Position numbers and translations under genes: made by a program. A DNA stretch of 44,598 nucleotides, the filler included, from Catajapyx aquilonaris (taxonomy: Eukaryota), in assembly GCA_000934665.2 (NCBI GenBank). It is 2 parts of 2 records of this genome, joined end to end, with 100 filler letters (N's around TTAATTAATTAA, not from the genome) between each part and the next. Parts side by side here need not be neighbours in the genome. Positions count along the whole stretch, not along the records: positions 22,359 to 44,598 come from JYFJ02005894.1; 1 more part is not named here. One strand, given 5' to 3'. The notes under the pieces were generated by a model. The model ran no database searches and was not told where the DNA came from. It saw only the letters and a list, made by a program, of their open reading frames with translations. This document shows, in pieces, positions 24,550-36,330 of this stretch. How positions within the stretch are numbered: the stretch's first letter is position 1; the number at the start of each line of letters is the position of its first letter.

Positions 24550-27500
24550 TGACATCGATTACCATTTTTCAACACTCCTTTGTCTGTCTCTCCCTGCGCA
24601 GGAGCACTTCTTGGTCCTGTGCAGGGAGAGACTTTCCTTGTTTCAAATGTTGTTGTATCAAATTTCAAGATTTTGGCATGATACTTTATTCTGTGAGATG
24701 GCTTTTATCAGGCGTGTCAGTGAGTATTACACAATCATTTTCTCTTCATTCATACACGAGAGGATGGTGTCCTTGGAAACTTTTATCTAGTTGTCTTGTC
24801 TGATTGTTCCACAGATTCTGAAAGTAATATTATGACATTTATTGCAACTACATGTGGGTCGACTGTCCTGCTTCGGGTTCTGAAGTGCGCATTAAAGTAT
24901 TCGGTTGCACGACGTTTTCAAATTTGACACAAAGTCATGTTATCATTTAGCCTGTGACCCAATAAGTAATTTTAGCTCACCAATTTAGTGTCTACCCTAG
25001 GTGAAGTAAATGTACTGGTCTAGAGGTGATGTTGTATCCAGCGTTGAAATGTTCAGCATGAAAGTACGTTCATTAATTAACCTCAAATAATTTCAGATAT
25101 TTTTTGTCAATTTTGGGCTCAACAAGTTCCTCCCGTTGCAAAGTTCGTGGTCAGGAGTTTTATTATGATGAGCTCAATACTGCAGCTACAGTCAGCTGGA
25201 CAGTGGTACTGTACACACTACCATGTTTTTAGCATAGTTTGCTAGTACTGGATAATTGTCGTCAATAAGGTGTGACTCACTGGTAGGATCCTGATCAATG
25301 ATGAGTGTCATATTTTACATCGTGGTGCATGGTGCTGCCTTTGTTGCAATGGAGGAATTTACTATTCTGAAGTCGAGCTCTGTTGTAAAAGATTCAGCTC
25401 AATATTCTCTCTCTGATTGAGGTTGGCCTTGGAATTTGTCCTTTCTCTAATGCAAGTGATTCACCAAGTTGTGATGGAACCAGTGTAATGCCTCACTTGT
25501 TGGAATAATGCTTATGACCAATAGAAGTCTTCCACCACTGCCTCTGATGCATGTAGAGTGGGCCTTCTCCGGGTTCGACAGACTTTTGGCATTTTCACCG
25601 ACCCAACATTCGAAGGACTCGACAGCTGCTGGTGTTCCCCTGACCGTGGTAGACTAAATTATCTTCCTGTGATGATGGCTGGTATTGGCTGCTTTAAATG
25701 CTTGTATGGGCAGTGCATCAATCTGGTTTTAGTGAGCCTTTGTTGGTTTTCTTCCTTCATCAATATTTACCTGAATTGCAACATGGAGAGAACCTTACTA
25801 AAGTTATTCTCTAGGGTGTAGGCGGATCATTACGTGAATGACTTGTCGTTCCGCATGGCAGAACTGTTGCCATGTCCAATCTAGCCTGTGTATCGGCATT
25901 GTAGGTACTGAAATTTACTTCCGCAGCATGACGATTATATGAACTTTACATGAATAAAAATATTTAACATAGTCAAATGCAAATGGCAGATTTTTTTCAT
26001 ACCAGTATGCTCTTGCCAGTGTATCCCTCGAACGATCCCAGTCCGCTCTGGTATTGCATAGTTTCACATGTACTCGCAAGTGTACATTGTTCTTTTTTAT
26101 GAGTTCTACCTCATTAACGTCACTCTATTGATGTAATTGGCTTCCCTCGAGTTCTTTTAGCAGCAATGTAAGGTATTCTTACACTTCAGTCATCCGAAAT
26201 GTAGTGATATACTTTTTCCTGCATATAATTATAAAAAAAATCAAAATGGCTGTCATGCCGTGACATTGGACATCAGCAAATGTCTAGGTCCTAGATGTGT
26301 GTGACTCTTAATGTCATTGCCGTCGTAGCTGTTGTCCAGTGGCATCAGCTTAACATTTTAGTGCGGCACCTTTACTTTCAGGCGAGGAAAGAGCAGTGTC
26401 GGATAGTCGTTATGTGTTCTTTTCAGTTGAAACCAGGTTTGTTGATCAAATCAGCCAGGCCTTCCAGGGGTTTGTTTCGAGCAATATTTACCGTTCCTTA
26501 CGATTTTCATAATTTAAAAAGTGCCAATTAACCAAAAAGTACCTCTCTAAGCTTACGTTAGTTAAATAATAATAACACATGGGTTGACATTCCGGTGGGA
26601 GGACTTCCGTCTTGTTCTTTCTTTGAAAACACTCTATGTAAGTTGGTTGTGAAGCTGATGTGAGTTTTTTTGTGAGCGGCGAAATTGTAGTGTCTGACAC
26701 ATCAGGGCCCTTGTCACATGAATATATTGTATCTGGAGACGTAGGACAAATCTCCAGGATGCTTAAATTCATTACACATTATTAAGCATTAAACACTGTT
26801 AAGTAATCTCACTTTTCATACCCCATGATGCAAAACCTGATGTCCTGCATTTTCGATTAAATAAGTCATGGACAGGGAAGCTGGTGTACGTTAAAAAAAT
26901 CGCAATTACAGGCACATGCCTACAATTTGTAAACCAAAGGCTTTTTGCACGTTCTAGTTTTTAAAATTAAAAAACCTCTGCTGCCGAGGGATATTTGGAC
27001 ATAGGATGTCGTTCTCATCAATATTAACCTTTGCCCTGCGCTCAACTGACCTTGCGTTGAAGCACTGCACTGGTGGAGCAGGCATGTATCGTCTTTCTGG
27101 CGCATGTTGGAGAGATGTTCCTTATACAGATTTGTCGTATACTTCCTTTCGTCACACGTAAAAACCCTGCTGTAAGATCAATATGACAGAGTAACGTCCC
27201 AATTGCTACTTAATGTCTGTCAGTACAGCGTTGGATTAGGAAGGTAGGTAAGAGATAATGCAGCGGAAGCTTAATCTTGTTCAACCTGTAATGAATATAG
27301 CCATGTGTGTCTTCAATATTCATTTTCTCCGTATGGGACATTCAGCAGCATCACACCAAGTCGTGCAACGTTCTCATTCAGTATGATAAATGAAATGTCT
27401 CGCAAGAAATCTGAACACGGCCAATTTTAGACGACTGTGACACATGCATAGTGCTATAGGCTCTGTGCTGAGCAAATGGAAGGATATATGCGTATCCCTT

Positions 27501-27760
27501 CGTATTCCAGGGACAGTAGCTTATACTTCTTGCTGGTTACGGCGACATCCCTGATTTCTAATGGGTACAAACGAAGGTTGACCATCGTATCACCCAGGCG
27601 TTTGCAGGGCTTTAATTCGAGTAATATTTACTTCAATTTTATACGACATTCACAGTTTTAAAAGTATCAATTAACCAAAAAGTACTTCGGTGGGAGGACT
27701 TGTTCTTCTTTCTTTTAAAATACTGTACGTGGCAATTTTTTGTGAGCGGCGAAATTGCAG
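24550..27760 (-). pseudogene. TASOR-like pseudogene copies (linker, SPOC, PIN-like; at least two partial units)
   Basis: TLLFPRLK..GAAL, KKYITTFRMTEV*EYLTLLLKE, TVRGTPAAVESFE and AYILPFAQHRAYSTMHVSQSSKIGRVQISCETF, with stops and frameshifts. Confidence 0.5.
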
Positions 27761-27959
27761 ATGAGTGTGGAATGTGGGAGTTCGACTACATCGACGCAGT
27801 CCTTGTGTCGTTTTGGTTTGAGTTGACGGCCGTAGGGGTCATCAGCTCTTGCAGTGACGCAAAGTATGGTAATTAAATTTCTGCTAATGGAAGTATCATC
27901 TGAGGAGAATTGACTGCTGAATGGTCTCAACATACCATACAAACGTGAATATGAAAAAA

Positions 27960-30200
27960 ATTGGTCACCACAGGACGAATCCTCCACCGGCAACCTGGAA
28001 GGAGAAGAAGACTTGACAACCATCCCAGAGTTCAAAGGACTTGACGGCCTCCGGTGTTCCGCTGATCGTGGGATACACTAGAATCGTCTCTCTTCCTGTA
28101 ATGGCTGCTTTAAATGCTTGATATGAGTAGTGCAACAATTAGGTTTAAATGAGGTTTGGTTGGTTTTCTTCCTTCGCCCACACTTACCCGAACAAAACAC
28201 ATGGCGAGTACTTGACTCAAGTTAGTCTCTCTGCGGATCATTACATTCCTTTCCCTGCATAGCATTGCAGAGCGTGTTGCCATGTAAAATGTGGTCATGT
28301 GTAGCGGCACTGAACACTGTGCGACACGCCCTCACTATTATGTAAAATCCATATGAATGAAAGTAAACAGATATTTAACAAAGATTTAGATGCAAACGAC
28401 ATCAATAATAATTGCTATCTGCCTTTGCCAATGTATCCCTCGAAAGATCTCAGACCGCGATGGAGTCACTGAAGATATTACAATACTAAGTGTCACATGT
28501 CGCAGTTATTTGCTCATCGAGATGAAGGTTGGGACATTGTACATTTTGGTAAGTTTTACCTCATTATTGTCGTTCTAATGATGTAATTGGCTGCCATCAC
28601 GATCTTTCAACACCAACCTAAGGTATGCTTGCACTTCAGTCAACCGAAATCTATTGATATACTTATTCTTGCATAGAAACTTGTCGCAAGAAAGCTGAAC
28701 AGGTCCCATTTATGACGACACTAACACGTGCAAAGTGTTAATGGCTCCGTGCTGAGAAAATGGAGGGATATATGCCTCTGCATGTGACGCCCTTCGTATT
28801 AACAGCTCGTCGTAGAATCTTCGGAATGACTTGGACTTAGTCTTTACAGCGAAAGCCTCGATTGAAAACGGGTCCAAGTTTATATCACCCAGGCCTAGTA
28901 GGGCTAGGGTTTTGTCTCATGTAATATTTAGTTCAATTTTTTGACATTCATAGGTTAAAAAAAGTGTTTGTTAGCCAAAAAAATTTACTAATCTCAGCCT
29001 ACATTAGTTAAATAATACTTCGTCCTTAGGTGGTATCCTCGGCCCCTGTTTTCGCCCCAGAATGTTCCAATCCTACGGGTAGAGCCAGGGACAATACTCA
29101 CACGTTGAGCAAGAACCGGTTGTCTCTATTGTAGAAATATATTGCATGTTGATTACGTACACTGTATGTGCATTGATATGTCTATGCTCGTATTGAATCT
29201 TTCCAGTGTGCATTAAAAAATTTTGAGCCAAAGAAGTTCTTCCAAATGTAATGTCCATGCTCGTCACAATAATTCTGAAAAAAAGTCATATAGCGTGTGA
29301 TATCACAGTCTTGTCCCCAGCTTGGAATGTATTTTTTAATGCAAATCTCCAAGGATTCACTGATAAAATACGTGTGGGGTATGAGTGGCTTCTTAAACTC
29401 AGACATGTAGACTGTAAGTAACATATCAGATGGCTGGTTTCAGTTATAATTTTTTTCGGACTGATAACTGTCGGAATGTGTAATACAAAGGAATTTGGGT
29501 AAAGCCTGAACATTCTTTACCTTTTTTTATATAGATATCTTGTGATGTATACAGTAGCGCATTCAACATAATTATGCCTATCTTAGAGAGTCTATTTCCT
29601 GATGTTGATAGTCGCAGGTAGTTCATCTTAAACATCGTTGAAGATCCTCTTGTTCGGGGCTGTTTATGACTGCAGCAAATTTATGCTCGGAGGCTTGTGA
29701 ATAATTTATCAGTTATTTGTTAAATCGTGCAAGTAGCAATTCGTTTTTTTATCTTCGTGTATTTTATCCCCATCATCATACCGTAAAGGCCATTTCACAA
29801 AAAAAAATGTCGCGCGGCAAACGGCGCGACTTGCGGCAAATTTTTATTTATATTTATTGTTGCCAATTGTTGGCAACAATAAAATTTGCCGCAAGTCGCG
29901 CCGTTTGCCGCGCGACATTTTTTTTGGTGAAATGGCCTTAACACTTGTTAAACATTTCTGAATGGCATATTAGGAGTAATAGAGGCTCTATGCTGCTACT
30001 TGATCACGTCAAGATCGTCCTTCCACTAGGCTTGTTGAAATGTCTGCAAAGATGGACACAAGTGAGCGTCGGAGTGTCCACAATAATTGAAGTAATATTA
30101 TAAATTATGTTGCGATTCTACAGTACGTATTTTAATATTGCTGGTATTTCTTATTCAATATGGACGTGTTACGTGTTGCTAGTTCACACCATAACCAACA
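27960..30200 (-). pseudogene. Most complete TASOR-like pseudogene copy (DUF3715, SPOC, PIN-like in order)
   Basis: RASITPNM; MNYLRLSTSGNRLSK; KKGK/KVKNVQALPKF; VYMSEFK..YPTRIL; FRLTEVQAYLRLVLKD; LVYPTISGTPEAVKSFELW..GGGFVL. Collinear with remembered TASOR motifs. Confidence 0.6.
29787..29938. mobile_element. 152-bp PIF/Harbinger (Tourist-like) MITE
   Basis: TIR aggccatttcac...; near-perfect palindrome; TAA TSD; empty site ccgtaacact in the paralog at 33241. Confidence 0.92.
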
Positions 30201-31548
30201 GGTTACACAATTCAACAAGGTGGGCCAGCATTACAGGTCCAAGCGAAGTTTGTCATCATACCCATGCCTTGCATGTGGGTTTGTTTCGAGTCATGTTTAC
30301 TTCAAGTTTTTACGACATGCGTAGTTTTAAAAGTGTCAGTTAACCAAAAAGTATGTCTCTAAGTGTACATTAGTTAAATAATAATTTAATAACACATGGG
30401 TTGGCACTTGCGTGGAGAACTTCCCTCACGTTCTCTCATTGAAAGTATATGTTGCCTGTCTGTGACCCTGATTTAAGTTTTTTGTGAGGGGTCTATTTGT
30501 AAGTACGTCGATATTTTCTGTAAACGATTAAAAATAACTATTATATCTAATTATTCTGCAGGCTTCGTTCCATTGTGATGGTGCATGAAATTGTTATCAG
30601 AAATGTTTGTTACGTTTTATAATTCCGACTATTGGTCGCTTGGCCTCTGGTGTTCCTCTGATAGTGGGTTACGCTAGATCCTCCTCCTGCACCTCCTGTA
30701 ATGGTACTATCCACTTTAAACGCATGCTATGACAGCAATTAGGTTGTTGTGGGCCTTGTTTGCCTTTCTTCTTTCCGTACTGCCGTAAATACCCGAATCC
30801 AACACATGGTGAGTATCTTTCAAGAGTTATTTTCTAGGTGTGACGACCATTACATACTTCTCATTCCATTGCAGAACGTGTTACCATGTAAATTATTGCC
30901 ATATGTAGCGACACTAAGGGCACTTATCAGTCAAGCGAAATCTATTGATGGTACTTTTCCCTGCATAGAATTACGTAACACAAAATGGCCATCATGCGTT
31001 CTTCTGAAACAGCGAAATCTGTCAGTCCTAGATACGCGTCGCTTTCTTCATGCCATTGCCGTCGCAACCGTTGCCCACTGACGTTAGCGTAACTTTCTAG
31101 TGCGGCACCTTTCAGATGAGGAAAGAGCAGTGTCGAATCACAGGACGTGGGATGCTGGATAGTCGTTGTCTGGAGGTAAACTTGTCGAAAAAGTGTTGCA
31201 AAGTGTTAATAGCTCCGTGCTGGGAAAATGGAGGGTTATCTACCTCTAGATGTCGCCCTTCGTATTTGTATATGTATGACTTGGAGTTTCTCTATACGGC
31301 GACAGCCTCGATTGAAAACGGGTGCAAACAAAATCTGTTAATCTGCATGTTCAAGTGAAGAGTGACAGAATTAATGATTGATTGATTCTAGATGTTGGCT
31401 TACCATGGTCGACGACCCTGTCCTTGGTCCGGGCCCTCCCAAGCTGCTAAGGTCTTGGCGGATGGCCTGCTCCGTAAGTGTCTTCCCCGTATTTCGCCCC
31501 CTTTGGACTTCTGAAACAAGATTCGGAGACATAATATAATTATGCATT

Positions 31549-31695
31549 GTATCATCAGTTCAAAAAGAATTGTCCCAGTCATCCTGATGTGTGTGCTGCC
31601 CGCTCGACACACACCATGTAACTTACATGGTGTGTGTCGAGCGGGCAGCCCACACGTCAGGATGACTGGGACAGTTCTTTATGCACTGTTGATAC
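31549..31695. repeat. 147-bp palindrome, 73-bp arms, 1-nt loop
   Basis: ...cgctcgacacacaccatgtaa-c-ttacatggtgtgtgtcgagcg...; few mismatches; no TSD or recognisable TE terminus. Confidence 0.95.
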
Positions 31696-32629
31696 GAGCC
31701 AAGGAATGCTTTTCATAGCCTGCGACATCAAATCGGCCGTGTTCGAAGAGCTTTGTCACCTGCTTGGAATGTATTTTTGATGGATTTCCCAGGTTAATTT
31801 ATAAAATATGTGTAAGTGGTATGAGTAAGGTTTTTAAACTCGGACATGCAGACTCCGAGTAACATATATCAGATGGCTGGCTTTATAATTTTCTTACGAA
31901 CTGATCACTTTCAGTAGTTGCTGTCGGAATGTGTAATTTGGGTATGGCGCAGAACATTCTTTACTTCTTTTGGCACATATTCCATCTCTGAAATCTATTG
32001 TAATAAGCTCAATATTGTAGCTATAGTCAGATGGACAGTGGTACACACTGCCATATTTATAGCTACGTCACTGCCCCTGATACGTATGATTCTCTAGTGT
32101 GGGGCAGGTCAATGATATGTGTCGTATTTAATGTATAGTTGAGATGGAGATTGCTGTCAAAGTGACAACTCCTCTGTGCTGTCCTTGTAACAAAGGAATT
32201 TATATAACTATATCAGTTAAGTAGTGCAAGTAGGAATAAAGTTCTCCTAATTGTGCCTCAGGGCTTGAATTCATACAGCTACGAAAATCACCTCACATCA
32301 TATGAAGCTATGGATGTTAAGGTTGGAGATCAATTCGTTCTTCTCATTTCCTTCGGCTGCTGCTCTCCACCATCATCTTACTGTAAAACTTATTAAACAT
32401 TTCTGAATAGCATATTATTAGTAATAGAGACTCATATGATGCTGGCTGCCAGTAACTTGTTTTAGCAGCAATGCAAGGCATGCTTACACTTCAGTTACCC
32501 GAAGTCAATATAAAAAGCTATTTGTACATACCTGTACTTGGATAGAATTGCACAATACAAAATGGACATCATGTGTCCTTTATGACAAACCATTATCCCA
32601 GAAGTAAAGTACGTATTTGGCTTTAAGTT

Positions 32630-32770
32630 TCAGCTTTCTTCGAATCCTAATTCACTGCGAAATCCGGATGGCAAGACAATTGCTCTGTCCCAGGTCGACA
32701 AGTGGTTCAAGCAGGCGCAGGTCTTCGTCATGATCGAGCCACTGACGTGGGTATTTGTTTCATAAAGTTC
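32630..32770 (+). pseudogene. TPPP: TPPP/p25 exon-1 pseudogene fragment
   Basis: [21 protein letters not shown]...TDVGICFIKF; deleted and frameshifted relative to the intact copies. Confidence 0.9.
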
Positions 32771-33664
32771 GAATGACTTGGGAGTTTTATGAGGTTGCTG
32801 ATCATATTCCACTAGGTGTCCCCCTATCATGTTCATATAATGCATATTTTTACGTAGTGTGATATCACTTGATATTTTGGAGCTAACAAAACCCCGTATG
32901 AAAGCTTCGAGAAGTCAATTGGGGACATTGCATGTGATGTAACGTTCATAGTGCATCGAATATAATAACTTATGTCAGTTACTGTGACTGGAAATTCAAC
33001 ATTCAACATATACCTGGCGTTAGACTGCTTAGAGAGTATCTTTCCTGCTGTTGATAGTCTCAAGTTGTTCATCATGGAAAGGTCTTATCCTGCAAGACGC
33101 TTTTGTTCGGGGCTTTTTTTAAATATGACTGAATCAAACTAATGCTCGGAGGCTTATGAATAACTTATATCAGTTAAGTAGTGCAAGTAGCAATTAGTTC
33201 TTCTCATTTCCTTCGCCTGCTTCTCTCCCCAATCATCTTACCGTAACACTTGTTAAACATTTCTGAATAGCATATTAGGAGTAATAGAGGCTCTTGAGGT
33301 TAGTGTTGATCTCGTCAAAATCTTCCTTTCACCAAGTTTGTTTGCAGAGATAAACACAAGTGAGCGTCGGAGTGTCCACAATAATTGAAATAATATTATA
33401 AATATTCTATTTCGCGATTCTACAGTACGTATTTTAATATTGCTGATATTTCTTATTAAATATCTACGTGTTACATGTTGCTAGTTCACACGATAACCAC
33501 TTAGCCGAAGCGTTTTTATGAATAGTAACAGATTTGACGGAATATGAAATCACATTCTTCATCGTGATGATCATGTTTATGACATAACAAAGGACCAGTT
33601 TGTTAGTCCATGTAATGTTATGTACTAATTACAACCTTCGAAAGTGTGTCACTAATCATCAGCT

Positions 33665-33904
33665 CGTCGTTTCCGTGACGATAAACACATTCGGAAATAC
33701 GTATCTACTGTTGACCACCCTGCGATTTGTGTACTCACCATGACAACGTTGCCTACGTTATGAGCGAGTTGTTGTCGAAACACTCATTAGTCTTCCAACT
33801 TTCGAACATAAAGCACACTAAATTTTCTGCTCTGCGTCACAAAAAGTAAGTACCCTTACACCTTTGGTCATGGGGTCACTTAATTAACTGAGTGAATGTT
33901 GCAG
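33665..33904 (+). promoter_or_regulatory. Putative TPPP promoter, 5'UTR exon and 5'UTR intron, with X-box-like and forkhead-like motifs
   Basis: gtttccgtgacgat (33669), ataaaca (33681), ctcaccatgacaac (33734), Inr-like tcatt/ttagt (~33784), donor gtaagt at 33846, acceptor ttgcag directly before the ATG. Confidence 0.5.
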
Positions 33905-34560
33905 ATGGCTTCCGGGTCCGCCGATATGACTCTCGCCGAGATGTTCGCCGCTTTCTCTAAGTTCGGCGACACCAAGTCTGACGGAAAGACACTCGCCTTG
34001 TCCCAGGCTGACAAGTGGTTCAAACAGGCTCACCTTTTCGACAAAAAGATCACCACAACCGACACCGGCATTTGCTTCAAAAAATTCAAGTGAGAATGTG
34101 CCATCTTTTTTTAAGAAAAAGAAACAATGACAGTGTGCACCTAATATAAACAATTTGTGTGTTTGTTTATAGAGTCAACAAAATCACGTACAACGACTTT
34201 GAGCATTACATCGACGATCTGGCTACCGCTAAGAAGGTGAATCCTGACGACCTCAAAATCAAGCTGGCAAGCTGCGGTGCCCCTGGAACCACCGGAACCA
34301 CTGTTAGTTTCCGTCTTTTTTCGTATTGCGTTTCTCTGTCACTCTTGGACTGAACTTATGTACTGTACGGTTATTAGCAAGCCGTTAAGACTGGTGGTGT
34401 GGACCGGCTGACAGACACGTCCAAGTACACGGGGTCCCACAAGGAGAGGTTCGACGAAAGTGGGAAGGGCAAAGGCGCAGAGGGACGCATGGACATCGCG
34501 GACAACACTGGGTACGTGGGTGGCTACAAGGGTAAAGACACGTTCGACAAGAAGGAGTGA
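33905..34560 (+). CDS. TPPP: Tubulin polymerization-promoting protein (p25-alpha) copy 1; exons 33905-34089, 34173-34302, 34378-34560; 165 aa
   Basis: Intact spliced ORF with [37 protein letters not shown] and [11 protein letters not shown] introns; aataaa at ~34632. Confidence 0.97.
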
Positions 34561-34884
34561 ACCAAGTGCGACAATGACGTTATTGCGGCCAAGAAGACTG
34601 ATGAGGTGAAATTAAAAGTCGGGTGGATTCAAATAAAACTTGCTTGTCTAACGTAACGTGTGCTGTGTTGATGTTACGCCCAGGTTTCTGCCTGTGGTCA
34701 CTGGGGAAGGTGGGAAACACTTAGGTGGTGTCCAGACTTTTGGGTCACATTGTAGAATGATTTACTGTGCCTATATTTCCATAGAGACAGTCGAAGTCGT
34801 TGATTATTGGTTAGGTTGATACAGACCCTTTGTTGTCGGCGGTAATCGCAGTTTGGGACGTCTGGTTCTAAATTCTAGTTTCAA

Positions 34885-35519
34885 ATGGCTTCTGGGTCAG
34901 CTGAACCTATTCTGGCTGAGATGTTCACGGCTTTTTCCAAGTTCGGCGACTCCAAGTCGGATGGTAAGACTATCGCATTGTCCCAGGCCGATAAGTGGTT
35001 CAAACAGGCGAATGTTTTCGACAAGAAGATCACCACCACCGACACTGGCATTTGCTTCAAGAAGTTCAAGTGAGACATTGTTCCTTGTGCTAAGGTTTGT
35101 AATGTTAACACAATAATTCGGCTAATGCCATTTGCATTGTCAGGGCTAATCGCATATCGTACGCGGACTTTGAAAATTACATCGCTGATTTGGCAGCCTC
35201 TAAGAAGATGAGTCCTGATGATATCAAAGCCAAACTGACCGGCTGTGGTTCGCCTGGAACTACTGGAACCACTGTTAGTTAACGGTTTATATCTATTATG
35301 GATACACTTATATTTTTTAATACTTTTTATGTATAGCAAGCCGTTAAGACTGGTGGTGTTGAAAGGCTGACGGATACGTCCAAGTACACAGGTTCTCACA
35401 AGGAGAGGTTCGACGAAAGTGGGAAGGGCAAAGGCGCAGAGGGACGTAAGGATGTGGCGGACGACTCCGGGTACGTGGGTGGCTATAAGGGCAAGGACAC
35501 TTACGACAAGAAGGAGTGA
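34885..35519 (+). CDS. TPPP: TPPP copy 2; exons 34885-35069, 35144-35273, 35337-35519; 165 aa
   Basis: Same exon lengths (185/130/183) and motifs; intact; aataaa at ~35569. Confidence 0.97.
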
Positions 35520-35632
35520 ACGACGAAGTGGTGTCTCGACGGAAGACCTATCAAATGGATGTGATTCCAAATAAATTGACAGTTAATATTTGTGTTTTAG
35601 TAGGTTTAGTAGATTATATCAGCCAAAATGAG

Positions 35633-36330
35633 ATGTCGGAAGTAGTCATCAGTTGCCACGATTGTCAAGAAATCTACCCATTTTCTGCGGTCTTTGCCTT
35701 ATCTCGCTCTATAGGACATGATAGCTGTTGAGGGGTGAAGGTGATGCCTTGTCATTGGCGTCTCTTTTCGTTTAATAATCCCCCAGATAGAAGGATAACT
35801 GAAGGCCTGATTCGCCTTTATGCAGCCTGCTACTATTCTCACCAAACTTTGAGAAGAGAAGCACCTCGCATCGTGGACACCTGTTCTTCTTATAAAGATT
35901 ACGTAGCATTTGCCTCCTCCCATTGTATCAGCCCAGCCTCGTTATTAATACATTCGTTGGAAATGACCTTAATATTGAAAGTTGGTGATTGCAAATATCG
36001 AGCTTTTCCTTAGGGGCTCCAATAGTCCTTGTCAATTGGTCGGACATATTCCAGCCAATATTTTTGGTCCACATGAGTCCACTCTTACAAGCAACCAATT
36101 TAAAATGGTCCGTTGATGTAAAGTATTGTTGTGCTGCTAACAATATAGAGAAACTCTGCTCCCCATTTCTTGATTTATACCATGTTTGTAATGCCAGTCT
36201 CTCAGCCAAGTGGTGTTAACATGAGATGTGAATGCATGTTTGCAGCTGGAGATTCTCCTAGATCTGATCATTCATCGCAGAACGCGGATTCTATTATGTC
36301 TTAAGATCTTCCCGCCTGAAAGAGCCCTGG
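35633..36330 (+). pseudogene. Decayed zinc-knuckle + PR/SET (PRDM-type) gene copy
   Basis: MSEVVISCHDC; INTFVG; VNWSDIFQP; TNLKWSVDVKYCCAANNIEK; downstream exon-like block 36246-36325 is paralogous to 43797-43878. Confidence 0.5.

Larger units (their letters stand above)
30230..33500 (-). pseudogene. Further TASOR-like pseudogene copies (about three deleted or shuffled units)
   Basis: 33240-33500 matches 29940-30200; 31740-31970 matches 29310-29530; 31990-32190 matches 22435-22640; peptides KEDFDEINTNLKS, SEMFNKCYGKM, AKEM..TNCYL and WHEESDAYLGL. Confidence 0.55.

Noticed and set aside
34881..35570. 229-aa antisense ORF, the longest in the track
   Set aside because: It is the shadow of TPPP copy 2, runs through its introns and has no recognisable domain.
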